DNA of 64,000 nucleotides from an uncultured Bacilli bacterium (GCA_944329425.1 CALVIG010000001.1:34015-98014); one strand, 5' to 3'. Positions 21,219 to 31,814 are shown, numbered from the stretch's first letter. Program-made: numbers and translations. Notes: generated from the letters alone by a model not told the origin.

Positions 21219-21506
21219 TCAACTTCTATTTAAAATGTCTAAAACTATTTTTTTAACTTCATTCCATACGTTTTTTAAACTATCATATGATAAAGTTTTA
21301 TAAACATCATCTATATTTGCCCATATCAAATCATGAGTATCTATTGAATCGTTGTTACTTTTTCCACCATCTATCGCAATGTAATAATACATATAAACTT
21401 CATCCTTTTTAGAGTCAAAATAATGTTCTTTAAAAATTGGTTTATCATAGTAAATTATGCAATTTCTTTTGGTTTCTTCATTTGTCTCTCTAATCGCACA
21501 CTCCAT
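21219..21506 (-). pseudogene. NUDIX hydrolase fragment (C-terminal part only)
   Basis: The ORF begins inside the Nudix box (AIRETNEETK), and the N-terminal GX5E part is absent from the frame. Confidence 0.4.
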
Positions 21507-21624
21507 TAAGGTTTCATTTATTTCTTTATGCCCTTTAGGAAATGAATAATCATTTTGTTTTTTTCTATATATAAGACCTATTTTCTTAGTTTTTAAATTT
21601 ATTAATATAGTTCTAATTTCATAA

Positions 21625-22401
21625 TTATGAACCTACCGACTGATATTTTTTCATTCCTAATTTAAATGCTAAAAAGCATGGAATTAAATATACAAATACT
21701 ATTAAAGGTGTAAATGCATAAAGTACGTTATTACTTTTACCTATGAAATATAAAAGCGGATAATAATTAACAAAAGCATATGGTATTACAAATGTAAAAA
21801 ATAATAAAAAACCTTTTTTAAAAACTCCTATTGGATACTGAGCCATATGTTTACCACCATCAGTAAATAAGTTTCTAACTTCTAATCCTTGAATTGTTAT
21901 AAAACAGTAAGATGCTGCTAACAAAAATATTCCAAAGAAAATAACAATTGCACTTATTATCATAAGAAACAAAGTAATTACTTTTAATGGTGTTATAGAA
22001 ATATTTAAATTAATTAAAGATATTATCATTATAATTAATGCTTGTATTAATCTTGATATTTTAATAAAGTCCGCATCTGATGATAAAACTTGTATAAAAA
22101 TATTTTTTGGTCTTAAAAGTAATCTATCAAAATCCCCACTTATAATTAATCTATCAAATCTATCAATGCCTCTTGCAAACGTTTCACAAAAAGCATAACC
22201 AAATTGTATTATCGAAAAGCAAAGAAGTACTTCATATAAAGTAAATCCTTTTATGTTATCAAACTTATCAAATAAAGATAATATGATAAAGTAATATGAA
22301 AAGAAAACCATTATTTGTGATAAAAAAGCTATTATAAATGATGCTTTATACTCTAACATTGACTTTAAATGCATAGATAAAGATTTTACATATAACTTCA
22401 T
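21625..22401 (-). CDS. ABC-2 family transporter permease
   Basis: Paralogous to 14753-15544, with a multi-TM profile. Confidence 0.6.
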   Translation of the reverse strand: MKLYVKSLSMHLKSMLEYKASFIIAFLSQIMVFFSYYFIILSLFDKFDNIKGFTLYEVLLCFSIIQFGYAFCETFARGIDRFDRLIISGDFDRLLLRPKNIFIQVLSSDADFIKISRLIQALIIMIISLINLNISITPLKVITLFLMIISAIVIFFGIFLLAASYCFITIQGLEVRNLFTDGGKHMAQYPIGVFKKGFLLFFTFVIPYAFVNYYPLLYFIGKSNNVLYAFTPLIVFVYLIPCFLAFKLGMKKYQSVGS

Positions 22402-22402
22402 G

Positions 22403-23206
22403 TTAACCTCCTTGTACTACAACTTTCTTTAGTATTTTTTTAAGAATAACGTTTCCAATTAAAACCAGTATAATAAACCATATAACTTGAATTAACATTT
22501 GAAATAAGCCATCACTTACTGATATATTTCCAGAGTAAAGTCTAAAAGGTAAATCACATATGTATCTAAATGGCAATACGTTTGCTATTTTTTGTAAGAA
22601 TACTGGAAAAAAAGGAATTGGAATAACTCCGCCTGATAATATATCTGCAAGAGCCATAAATATATTTGTTATACCTTTTTCATTTAAGGTGCTAAGAGTT
22701 AATACATGATAAAGGGTAATAATAGCGGTCATTAAAAGAGCTCCAATAGTTAACGTTATTAAAAACATAATAAGACTTAAAAAAGAGGATGGAAGACTAA
22801 GCCCATATGGATATGGTAAGATAAAAGCAACTATTAAAACTGGTAAAAACCTTAATGCCACATCCGCTAATCTTTGACCAATTATTTTTGAAAACCACAT
22901 AAAATATATTTTTTTTGGTCTTAAAAGTTCATATGCTATATTACCATTTTTTATCATATTAAATATTTCGTTATCTTTATAATACATATATATTAGTGCG
23001 AAAAAAGCTTGGTTAAGCCATAAATATGAAACAAGCTGTCCTACTTCCATTGGACCATTATTACTACTTGATTCATAAAAAGCTAAATAAACCATTATGT
23101 ATACTAATCCAAAGAAAAATTGAGTTGCAATGCCTGCTAATGCTGCTTTTCTATATTGTAACTGTGTTATAAATCTTAATTTAAAATAAGATAAATAAAA
23201 TCTCAT
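22403..23206 (-). CDS. ABC-2 family transporter permease
   Basis: Paralogous to 15528-16322. Confidence 0.6.
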   Translation of the reverse strand: MRFYLSYFKLRFITQLQYRKAALAGIATQFFFGLVYIMVYLAFYESSSNNGPMEVGQLVSYLWLNQAFFALIYMYYKDNEIFNMIKNGNIAYELLRPKKIYFMWFSKIIGQRLADVALRFLPVLIVAFILPYPYGLSLPSSFLSLIMFLITLTIGALLMTAIITLYHVLTLSTLNEKGITNIFMALADILSGGVIPIPFFPVFLQKIANVLPFRYICDLPFRLYSGNISVSDGLFQMLIQVIWFIILVLIGNVILKKILKKVVVQGG

Positions 23207-24183
23207 ATTTTATACTCCTCGTATAATTTAACAATTATGTTATCTATATTTTCATTATCTATTTCAACATCATCAATAGTTGCGTTTTTTGATATTAAAT
23301 TAAGAAAAGCAGAAATATTAATTACTTTAGAATCAATAATAAATTTATAACCATTATTAGTTCGTTCTTTTTTTATAATTCCTTTGTTTTTTATATTTAT
23401 TTTATCTTTAGTAATAATATTAATGTATTTATTATTATCATATTTGCTTTTTAATTTCTTTAAAGAACCATCATATAAAACGCTACCTTTACCTATTAAA
23501 ATGATTCTTTTAGCTAGTGCCTCTATATCAGCCATGTCATGAGTTGTTAGTATTACTGTTATCTTTTTTTCTTTATTTAATTTTTTAATAAAATCTCTTA
23601 CTATTTGTTTTGATACCGCATCAAGGCCAATTGTAGGTTCATCCAAAAACAATATATCTGGTGAATGTAAAAGTGAAGCTGCTATTTCACAGCGCATTCT
23701 TTGTCCCAAACTAAGCTGCCTTACTGGAACATTTACGAATTCTTTTAAGTTAAGTTTTTCTATTAATTCATTTTTTGTTTTTATAAACTCGTCTTCTGGA
23801 ATATCATAAACATTCTTTAATAAATCAAAGGTATCTTCTGCAGGAATATCCCACCATAGTTGTGATCTTTGACCAAAGACTACTCCTATGTGTTTAACGT
23901 ACTTATCTCTTTGGTTATAAGGAACATAACCTTTTATCTTGCACGTTCCACTATCAGGGACTAAAATTCCACTTAGAATTTTAATCGTTGTAGATTTACC
24001 AGCTCCATTAGGACCAATATAACCTACTATCTCTCCTTTATTAATTTTAAATGACACGTTTTTTATTGCGTCAACTATTTTGTAGTCTCTCTTAAAAAAA
24101 GACCTAATGGCATTTTTTAATCCACTAGGTCTTTTGACTACCTTAAACTGCTTTGATATGTTATTAACATAGATGAATGACAT
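23203..24183 (-). CDS. ABC transporter ATP-binding protein
   Basis: GPNGAGKST, LSLGQR and ILFLDEPT motifs. Paralogous to 16322-17311. Confidence 0.85.
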   Translation of the reverse strand: MSFIYVNNISKQFKVVKRPSGLKNAIRSFFKRDYKIVDAIKNVSFKINKGEIVGYIGPNGAGKSTTIKILSGILVPDSGTCKIKGYVPYNQRDKYVKHIGVVFGQRSQLWWDIPAEDTFDLLKNVYDIPEDEFIKTKNELIEKLNLKEFVNVPVRQLSLGQRMRCEIAASLLHSPDILFLDEPTIGLDAVSKQIVRDFIKKLNKEKKITVILTTHDMADIEALAKRIILIGKGSVLYDGSLKKLKSKYDNNKYINIITKDKINIKNKGIIKKERTNNGYKFIIDSKVINISAFLNLISKNATIDDVEIDNENIDNIIVKLYEEYKI

Positions 24184-24306
24184 TTTTTCACCTTCCTTTC
24201 TAACATAGCAAAAAAGCCAGATATTTCTATCCAGTGGGTATAAAATATATAACTTTCTTGCAAAAACGTCACTTAAAATATACTATAAAAAACTATATAA
24301 TTCAAG

Positions 24307-25914
24307 CTATTTTTTTAATTTATTTTTAAAATCATCATAATTACCAACATAGCTTACTAGTTTTTTATTTTCAATATTAATTATTCTTGTTGCAACCTTG
24401 TTTATAAAATATCTATCATGAGATATTAATAATACCGTTCCATTATAATTATTAATAGCTTCTTCTAATACTTCTTTTGCACTAATGTCAATATGATTAG
24501 TAGGCTCATCCAAGATAAGTAAATTGTTATTTTCTTGCATAATACAAAATAATTTTAATCTTATTTTTTCTCCACCTGATAATTTACTTAACCTTTTAAA
24601 AACTTCTTGCCCATTAAACATAAATTTACTTAGCGCACTTCTTAAAATACTTTCTTCCTCATGAAAATATTTTTTAGCCTCATCTAAAACCGTAATACTA
24701 TTATCATCAAAACTAAATTCTTGAGAAACATAACTTATACTAGCACTCTCGGAAATATATAAATCCTTATTTTTTAAAATATATTTTATTAAAGTTGATT
24801 TACCAGTACCATTTCCTCCAACAATACACACTTTTTCTTTATAAAATAATTCTAAATTAGCATCTTTAAATAAAACATGATTATCAAAACTAATATTTAT
24901 GTTTTTTGCTACAATAACATCTTTACCAGACCTTTTACCCACTTCTAACTTTAATGGTATCTTATTATTAGTAATAGGTTTATCTTTTTTTTCTAACTTT
25001 TCTAGTCTTTTTTCTATACTAGCTGCTCTTTTAAAGAATGGTTCACCACCGGGATAAGCTTTTTTTCCAAATTCTCTTAATTTTTTAATAGATTTTTTCA
25101 TAGCTTCTATTTTCTTTTGTTGATCTTTATATTCTTTAAATTCCTTTTCAATTCTTTTTTCATTTTCTATTAAAAAATAAGAATAATTACCATGAAAAAC
25201 ATTAGTTTTACCATTTTCTATTAAAATTATTTTATCCACTACTTTATCTAAAAAATATCTATCATGTGAAACAATTAAAATAGTACCTTTATAATTTTTT
25301 AAATAATCTTCTAAATACTCTAACATTCTTATATCTAAATGATTAGTTGGTTCATCTAACAGTAATATATCTGGGTTAGATAATAGTAAAGTGACTAAGT
25401 TAACTAAAGTTTTTTCTCCTCCAGATAATATTTCATATTTTAAATCAAGTAATCTTTCCATGTTAAAAGCTGATACTATTTTATCTATTTTAGCATCTAT
25501 TTCATAACCACCTGCTTTAATAAATTCTTCTTGTACTTTTAAATATTTATTAATAGCATTTATTTGCTTGTCACCAGTTAAATTATTCATCTTACACTCA
25601 TAATTATCCATTTTATTTTTAAGTTTATTTAAATTACCAAAACTATTATATAAAATTTCTCTTACGCTTAATTTAAATAAACTTTTAATTGGTTCTTGAG
25701 TAAGATAACCAACCCTAGACTCTTTTTTTATAAATACATCTCCACTAGTTGGTAATTCTTCTTTTGTTATTAATTTTAATATAGTTGACTTGCCGCATCC
25801 ATTTTCACCTACTAAGGCGATTTTATCACCTGTTTTAACTTCAAAACTTAATTTATCTAAAACGTTATTAAAACCAAAATTTTTTGTAACATTATTTAAA
25901 CATATTTCCATCAT
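24307..25914 (-). CDS. ABC-F family ATPase (two fused ABC domains, no TMD; possible ARE/ribosome-protection type)
   Basis: Two Walker A motifs (GENGCGKST, GGNGTGKST) and two LSGGE signatures separated by a ~75-aa charged linker. Confidence 0.85.
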   Translation of the reverse strand: MMEICLNNVTKNFGFNNVLDKLSFEVKTGDKIALVGENGCGKSTILKLITKEELPTSGDVFIKKESRVGYLTQEPIKSLFKLSVREILYNSFGNLNKLKNKMDNYECKMNNLTGDKQINAINKYLKVQEEFIKAGGYEIDAKIDKIVSAFNMERLLDLKYEILSGGEKTLVNLVTLLLSNPDILLLDEPTNHLDIRMLEYLEDYLKNYKGTILIVSHDRYFLDKVVDKIILIENGKTNVFHGNYSYFLIENEKRIEKEFKEYKDQQKKIEAMKKSIKKLREFGKKAYPGGEPFFKRAASIEKRLEKLEKKDKPITNNKIPLKLEVGKRSGKDVIVAKNINISFDNHVLFKDANLELFYKEKVCIVGGNGTGKSTLIKYILKNKDLYISESASISYVSQEFSFDDNSITVLDEAKKYFHEEESILRSALSKFMFNGQEVFKRLSKLSGGEKIRLKLFCIMQENNNLLILDEPTNHIDISAKEVLEEAINNYNGTVLLISHDRYFINKVATRIINIENKKLVSYVGNYDDFKNKLKK

Positions 25915-25943
25915 ACTATCACATCTCCTTTAAAATATAAAAA

Positions 25944-25972
25944 AGCTACGCAAAAACTCTGCATAGCTTATA
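25944..25972 (-). terminator. attenuator terminator in ABC-F leader
   Basis: aagctatgcagagtttttgcgtagctttttt sits immediately upstream of the ABC-F SD and start codon. Confidence 0.55.
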
Positions 25973-26043
25973 TTCTATACAGATGTAGGCACGCCAAAAA
26001 CACAGCACCTACACCTGTTTTAAAAAAAGATGTTAGGTGCTGA

Positions 26044-26079
26044 TTAACAAGTATACATGATAGTCTTATTAGTATACAT
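26044..26079 (-). CDS. leader peptide uORF (MYTNKTIMYTC) of ABC-F gene
   Basis: AAGGAGGG SD 6 nt upstream of the ATG. The uORF is 11 codons and is followed by alternative hairpins and a terminator. Confidence 0.5.
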   Translation of the reverse strand: MYTNKTIMYTC

Positions 26080-26145
26080 ATTAATCCCTCCTTAATAATA
26101 AGTATATGTATAAAATAAATTTATGTCAATCATAAATTTGTTTTT

Positions 26146-26694
26146 TTAGAAAATATATTTATCTATAATCTTAATAACATTATAGCCCATTACTTGCTCA
26201 GAAATTATACCACTCTTTCTTGCAGCATCAACATTTTCTTTTCTATCATCTAAAAATAATATTTCTTCTGGTTTTACGTTAGCTTTTTTAATCAAAGTAT
26301 CAAAAAAATCTTTCTCTGGTTTATAAGCATTAATTTCAGATGAGATTATAATATCATCAAAAGTATTACCAAATTTTTTTATCAAAAATGATTTTATGTA
26401 TGAAACATGATTAGAAGCAATAAAAAACTTAACATCTTTATACTTACTTTTTATTATATTAATGTCTACCTTTATATCGTAAATTTTATTTATGATATTA
26501 TTAATTAACTTAATTACTTCTTCTTCATTTAGTTTTGTTAAATCTACTGCTTCTTTTATAACTTCTAAGTCATTTTTATTTTTACCAAATAATCTTTCTA
26601 TTTTATCTTCATTTATTGTTAAATAATTATCATTTTCTCCTAATAATACCCCAACCAAATCAAAAGCAATTACTTTTATCATCATATTCTCCAT
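26146..26694 (-). CDS. HAD-superfamily hydrolase
   Basis: FDLVGVL motif I variant and LDDRKENVDAARKSG motif IV. Confidence 0.65.
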   Translation of the reverse strand: MENMMIKVIAFDLVGVLLGENDNYLTINEDKIERLFGKNKNDLEVIKEAVDLTKLNEEEVIKLINNIINKIYDIKVDINIIKSKYKDVKFFIASNHVSYIKSFLIKKFGNTFDDIIISSEINAYKPEKDFFDTLIKKANVKPEEILFLDDRKENVDAARKSGIISEQVMGYNVIKIIDKYIF

Positions 26695-26704
26695 TCAATT
26701 AAAT

Positions 26705-27046
26705 TTAATCATTAACTAACTTAATTTTAATTCCAACGACTCCATTTTCTTTAATATCTTTTTCATTGTAATAAATAGACATATCATTTGGGTTAGCAAT
26801 ATCATTTTGTTCATAGCCAATTGATACCTTATCATGATTTTTATATAATTCATCAAAGTCTTTATATAAATAAATATTTTTTACTTTTACTAACATTTTT
26901 TCTTTAGTATTTATATTTGTAAACTCAATTAAATCTTCAACGTTAATTTTTCTTCTTTTTTCATCATATACTCTCATCTCTATTGTTTTAGTCTTATTTT
27001 TTATCTTTATAAATGGATCATTTTGTAATTTCATTTTATGCATCAT
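26705..27046 (-). CDS. ASCH-domain protein
   Basis: 113 aa. DPFIKIKNKTKTIEMRVYDEKRRKINVEDLIEF fits the ASCH beta-barrel consensus. Confidence 0.5.
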   Translation of the reverse strand: MMHKMKLQNDPFIKIKNKTKTIEMRVYDEKRRKINVEDLIEFTNINTKEKMLVKVKNIYLYKDFDELYKNHDKVSIGYEQNDIANPNDMSIYYNEKDIKENGVVGIKIKLVND

Positions 27047-27155
27047 ATTTTTTCTCCTTTATTTTATTTAATTATAACATATTATATAAATAAAAAAGAC
27101 ATCATACTAAATAAATATGTTGTCTTTTAAAATTAGTTTAATAAATAAAAGATTT

Positions 27156-27914
27156 CTATAAAGATTTTTGATTCTTTTCAATATTATATTTCATGCAATA
27201 AAATTTAATAGCATCTTCTAAAATAGTATTTCCAATTTGTAAAGATTTTTCATTACTTCTAATTATGTTTAATACTTCATCATGATTTTTAGTTTCTATT
27301 AAGTATCTAACTGCTAAATAAGATAAATCATATCCATTATATAAGTTATTTGAAAAATTTTTCCCATGAGATAATTCATTTAATGCAGGTAAGTTTTCAA
27401 TAGAAAGTATCTTATTTATAAAAGAAATAAATTTTTCATCATTTTCCAATATTTCATTTTCTCCAGATAAATTAAGTGCTAATCCTTCGTCTAGCCATAC
27501 TACTCTTTTTTGATATTCATTATTTAAAATAATTTCCTTATAAATAATATGAACTAGTTCATGTAATATAAGAGATAATTTTACTTTACTTATATCAACA
27601 TAATGATTTATCATACCATTATCATATGTTCCTTTAATATACCAAGGAAGAGTTGCCATATCAACTTTTCTTATTTCGGAAATGTAATTTTTAAAGATAT
27701 CTATGTTATCAAATAAGTTAACGGTTACTCTCCTAAAATCATTCAAAGAAAAAAAGTCAAAAATATTTTTTAAATTATTATTTGTATAATTTATAATGTA
27801 GTTTACAACTTGATTCAAAGAATTAGGTGCATAAATTATAAAGTTTTTATCTTCATATTGTTTTACTTGCATAATAATTTTAGCTCCTTTATTAAATTTA
27901 TTTTTAAATATCAT
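27156..27914 (-). CDS. hypothetical protein with HExxH motif (putative zinc metallopeptidase-like)
   Basis: LHELVHIIY. Confidence 0.3.
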   Translation of the reverse strand: MIFKNKFNKGAKIIMQVKQYEDKNFIIYAPNSLNQVVNYIINYTNNNLKNIFDFFSLNDFRRVTVNLFDNIDIFKNYISEIRKVDMATLPWYIKGTYDNGMINHYVDISKVKLSLILHELVHIIYKEIILNNEYQKRVVWLDEGLALNLSGENEILENDEKFISFINKILSIENLPALNELSHGKNFSNNLYNGYDLSYLAVRYLIETKNHDEVLNIIRSNEKSLQIGNTILEDAIKFYCMKYNIEKNQKSL

Positions 27915-28662
27915 ACTTTCCTATATCTTTTACTTCTTTATCGTTACTAAATTTATGACATGTACCGTTTTCAAATCTATAAGATAATCCATATATTTTT
28001 ACACTATTATCTGCTTTTAAAATGTATGTTCCATCGGGATAAGCAAAAAATGATCTTCTTTTACTATCTTTAAGTAATATATCCTCTTTTATATCTAATC
28101 CATCTAACATTATTACTTCATCATCAATATAATGAGGATTAATATTTATTTTAGTTAATCCTAAACCTTTTAAATATCTATTGTAATTTATATCTATTGC
28201 CTCACCTTCTTCTTCAGGAGGTGAATAAACTATATCAGCGCAATTCATACTCCCTGCCGATACACCACATACTACTACATCATTATTTTTATTTACTAAA
28301 TCTTTTAAATTAATATTATTAAAGAATTTATTTTGAGTAGGCACATGGCCTCCAGCTAAATATATAAAATCTGCTTGTGATACCAACCTACTTGATTCTT
28401 TAATATTTCTATTATCTAAAACAATATAATTTTTAAAAGGCAACGTTAAATCAAATGATTTAAATACCACGTTTGAATAAAAATCAGTTATTAGATAATC
28501 CTCTGGGTTACTTGCAATGTATAAAAAATTATCATACTTTTTTATATATTTTTTAAAATTATCTAATATATTATTTTTGTTTTCAAATCTAATTGGTATT
28601 TTATTACCATTTTCATCTTCAATATTAGTATTTAAAGAACTTGTTAAGAAAAGGGCTTTCAT
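27904..28662 (-). CDS. peptidase S51 (dipeptidase E-like) family protein
   Basis: VCGVSAGSMN nucleophile-elbow-like motif and the size. Confidence 0.55.
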   Translation of the reverse strand: MKALFLTSSLNTNIEDENGNKIPIRFENKNNILDNFKKYIKKYDNFLYIASNPEDYLITDFYSNVVFKSFDLTLPFKNYIVLDNRNIKESSRLVSQADFIYLAGGHVPTQNKFFNNINLKDLVNKNNDVVVCGVSAGSMNCADIVYSPPEEEGEAIDINYNRYLKGLGLTKININPHYIDDEVIMLDGLDIKEDILLKDSKRRSFFAYPDGTYILKADNSVKIYGLSYRFENGTCHKFSNDKEVKDIGKYDI

Positions 28663-28676
28663 TTTAATCTCCTCTA

Positions 28677-29372
28677 TTAAAATTCTTTTATCTCTAATTT
28701 ATTATCATAAAATGCTTCATACGCTTTCGCATCATCTTTACTTCTTATTATAGATATATCATCATCAATAATTTTAACGGCACAGCAATTATCTACACAT
28801 AATGCTTTAATATCATTATTTTCTTTTAATACTTTTTCTAAGTCTTCTTTCTTTTTTTCATCACTAGAAAAATGTGGAACAAACATATAATTTGTAAAAC
28901 CTAATCCATCTACCTTTACATAATTATTAGAAATACCTTCGTTTATTTCAAAATCAGATAAACCATACGTACAGTAGGTTATAGCACCTGCTGATACACC
29001 TGATAAAACGCACCCTCTTTTACTAGCTTCTTTTAGCATTTCATCCATGCCATTTTCTTTTAATAGATTAACTAGTTTAACGGTATTTCCACCACCAATA
29101 TATATAATATCAGCCTCTTTTATCTTTTTTTCTACCACTTCCATATGGGTTAACGTTTTATTAGATATTTTACCAGTTTCACAGCCAAGTTTTTTATAAA
29201 TGTCTTTTATTATCTTATAATATGAATCAGCAAAATTACTTGCTAACCCAATAAATAAAAAATTAGGATGGGTTTTATTGGTTAGTTTAACTATTTCCTC
29301 ATCAATTTCTTTAGTTTCGTATTTAGTATCAGCTCTTCCTATATCGCCGCCACCTATTAACACAAGTTTCAT
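28677..29372 (-). CDS. peptidase S51 (dipeptidase E-like) family protein
   Basis: LSGVSAGAI motif. Paralog of the adjacent gene. Confidence 0.55.
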   Translation of the reverse strand: MKLVLIGGGDIGRADTKYETKEIDEEIVKLTNKTHPNFLFIGLASNFADSYYKIIKDIYKKLGCETGKISNKTLTHMEVVEKKIKEADIIYIGGGNTVKLVNLLKENGMDEMLKEASKRGCVLSGVSAGAITYCTYGLSDFEINEGISNNYVKVDGLGFTNYMFVPHFSSDEKKKEDLEKVLKENNDIKALCVDNCCAVKIIDDDISIIRSKDDAKAYEAFYDNKLEIKEF

Positions 29373-29373
29373 G

Positions 29374-29598
29374 TTATTTTTCCTTCTTTCTTAATAATTC
29401 CATTTTATCTTTTAACATCCTTGTCCTTTTTTCTTTTAAGGACTCATCTAACATGTACGAATTACCATCATACATAAGCATATCCTTTTCTTTAACGTTA
29501 TTAGGAAGATCTTTTAGTTTAACGTTAATTAATTCTTTAGTTAATAAGTTTTCAATGGTTGCTATACCATTTTCTATTTTATCAACCGAATACATCAT
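29374..29598 (-). CDS. DUF3006-family small protein
   Basis: 74 aa with the pattern VDKIENGIATIE...DGNSY, typical of the partner of secreted MBL hydrolases. Confidence 0.5.
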   Translation of the reverse strand: MMYSVDKIENGIATIENLLTKELINVKLKDLPNNVKEKDMLMYDGNSYMLDESLKEKRTRMLKDKMELLRKKEK

Positions 29599-29605
29599 TA
29601 ATCAC

Positions 29606-30538
29606 CTACCCATTAGTGTCAGTTTGTATGGTTTTAACGTTTATGCTTATACCATCACTATAAAAAATTATCGTTCCATCATTATCCGTTCTATAAGTTT
29701 TGATATCCCTTTGATTAAGTCTTTTTATGGTGTTATCATCGGGATGGTTATAAACGTTATTTTCACCAACTGATATAACAGCATACGAAGGGTTTACGGC
29801 ATCCAAAAATTCATCAGAAGTACCATAAGAAGAACCATGATGGCTAACCTTTAACACGTCACTTTTAATATCCCTAAACAAAATTTCATCTTCTATACTG
29901 CTAGAAATATCCCCAGTAAATAAGAAGCTAGTATCACCAAAAGTAACCTTAAGAACGATTGAAGTATCGTTTAAATCATTTTCTTCGTTTCCAACGTATA
30001 TTACCCTTATTTTACAATCTCCTAAATCAAAAGTTTCGTCTTCGTAAGGAGTATAATACTTCAAATTATTTTCTTCTAAAGCATCTAACAAATCTTCAAA
30101 TGTCTTTGTAGTTGTAACAACACTCGGCATCATAAAATTTTTAATTGTAAAATTATTTATAATATCATCCATTCCGCCAATATGATCTTCGTGAGCATGA
30201 GTTGCAAAAACATAATCAAAAGTATCAATGTTTAAATCATTAAAATAATTAACTAGCTTTGCCCCATCTTCATTATTTCCTGCATCGATTAACACGTTAC
30301 CATTATCATTTTTAAGTAAAATACAGTCTGCTTGACCAACGTCAATGAAATAAACTTCTAAATTACCTTCTGTATTTACATCACCTTTTTCAATTTCATC
30401 AATTGAAGAAGACATCATGGATGCACTTTTTTTAGCATCATCAATAAAACCCGATGAAAAAATAACGTACAAAACTACTGCTACAAACACAATTACTTTT
30501 ATTGGATTTTGCTTTTTTATAAATGACTTTAACTTCAT
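29606..30538 (-). CDS. membrane-anchored MBL-fold metallo-hydrolase (ComEC C-terminal domain-like)
   Basis: N-terminal TM helix and a HAHEDHIGG metallo-beta-lactamase motif. Confidence 0.75.
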   Translation of the reverse strand: MKLKSFIKKQNPIKVIVFVAVVLYVIFSSGFIDDAKKSASMMSSSIDEIEKGDVNTEGNLEVYFIDVGQADCILLKNDNGNVLIDAGNNEDGAKLVNYFNDLNIDTFDYVFATHAHEDHIGGMDDIINNFTIKNFMMPSVVTTTKTFEDLLDALEENNLKYYTPYEDETFDLGDCKIRVIYVGNEENDLNDTSIVLKVTFGDTSFLFTGDISSSIEDEILFRDIKSDVLKVSHHGSSYGTSDEFLDAVNPSYAVISVGENNVYNHPDDNTIKRLNQRDIKTYRTDNDGTIIFYSDGISINVKTIQTDTNG

Positions 30539-30606
30539 AAAAATTACTCCTATACTATAAATATAATAACATTTTTTATGTAATTAGTCACATAAAAAAG
30601 TGGAAT

Positions 30607-30948
30607 CTACCTTTTTTTAAAATAAGTGATTCCACCATCATTAATTTCTTTTTCTGTTTTTATGTCAAATGCATCACTATATAACGTACTACTACCACTT
30701 ATACGTAAAGAACTCTTTTTAAGTTTATCGTTATAATACAAGACTTTGATAAGAATCTCGTTTAATAAAATAGTGCCTTTTATCCCCCTAAATAAAAAAG
30801 GGTTAAAATCATAATTTATAGTTGCCTCATCGTTAGTTATTTTAGCGTATATATTCCCTACTGAATTACCATCTATAATTAAATCATACGTTAAATCATT
30901 ATCATTAACGTTAATAAGTTCTATATCAATTTCTGTCAAAACAATCAC
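30607..30948 (-). CDS. hypothetical protein
   Basis: ORF only. Confidence 0.3.
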   Translation of the reverse strand: MIVLTEIDIELINVNDNDLTYDLIIDGNSVGNIYAKITNDEATINYDFNPFLFRGIKGTILLNEILIKVLYYNDKLKKSSLRISGSSTLYSDAFDIKTEKEINDGGITYFKKR

Positions 30949-30988
30949 CCTTTATATCATATGTTTAATGATTAAAAAAAAGCTTAAA

Positions 30989-31195
30989 TTAAGCTTCTTC
31001 TTTCTTTATTACTTCTTTTCCCTTGTAATTACCACATTCTGGGCATACTCTGTGTGGTCTTATCATAGCACCACACTTAGGACATTTTACCGTTCCGTTA
31101 GCTTCAATTTTATAGTGAGTACGACGCATTCTTTTTCTTGTCTTACTAACTTTTCTGAATGGAACTGCAAATAATTGGATATCCAACTTTAACAT
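30989..31195 (-). CDS. rpmF: 50S ribosomal protein L32
   Basis: [21 protein letters not shown] and a CPKCG...CPECG zinc ribbon. The SD is GGAAGGAG. Confidence 0.85.
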   Translation of the reverse strand: MLKLDIQLFAVPFRKVSKTRKRMRRTHYKIEANGTVKCPKCGAMIRPHRVCPECGNYKGKEVIKKEEA

Positions 31196-31210
31196 ATTCT
31201 CACTCCTTCC

Positions 31211-31702
31211 TTACTCTTTAATAAATTTACTTAAACTTGCGAGTCTTGGATCAATTACTTCCTTTTCATCATCTTCAGTAATAAGACGCCAACCATTACC
31301 TTCTTTTTTTTCTTCCTTGGCATCAGGGTGAAGAACTCTTAAAGGAACATCCACTAATATATATTGCCATATAATTGGAAAAATATCAAGTCTATTTTGA
31401 ATAATTTCTAACGAATTATCATTATTTTCTCCAATTACCTCATCAATATCAATATTAAACGGATATAAAACATCCTTAAGGGTCCTTGCACATGAAAGTG
31501 TCATTGTCCCAGTTACGTTTATGTTTAAACAATACTCTTCACCATCATAAGAAACGTAACCATTTACCTTTACTGGTGATATTTCTTTTATATCGGTACC
31601 GTTTAACCGTTCTTTAGGTATCGTTATTTCTGCCTTTATTGGTATTTCGTATAAATTACCGTACATTAACTTAGTTAAATCTACGTTCAAACCTATCACC
31701 AC
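31211..31702 (-). CDS. YceD/DUF177 family protein (large-subunit accumulation protein)
   Basis: Its position immediately upstream of rpmF and its size, a synteny conserved in Firmicutes. Confidence 0.55.
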   Translation of the reverse strand: MVIGLNVDLTKLMYGNLYEIPIKAEITIPKERLNGTDIKEISPVKVNGYVSYDGEEYCLNINVTGTMTLSCARTLKDVLYPFNIDIDEVIGENNDNSLEIIQNRLDIFPIIWQYILVDVPLRVLHPDAKEEKKEGNGWRLITEDDEKEVIDPRLASLSKFIKE

Positions 31703-31814
31703 CGCTTGATAATTATACTATTTTTTTATATTATTTTCAAGACTTATATAAAATGAAAATACATAAAGTGGATACCACAATACATATTACGTAAACATAT
31801 AACATTTATTCAAA

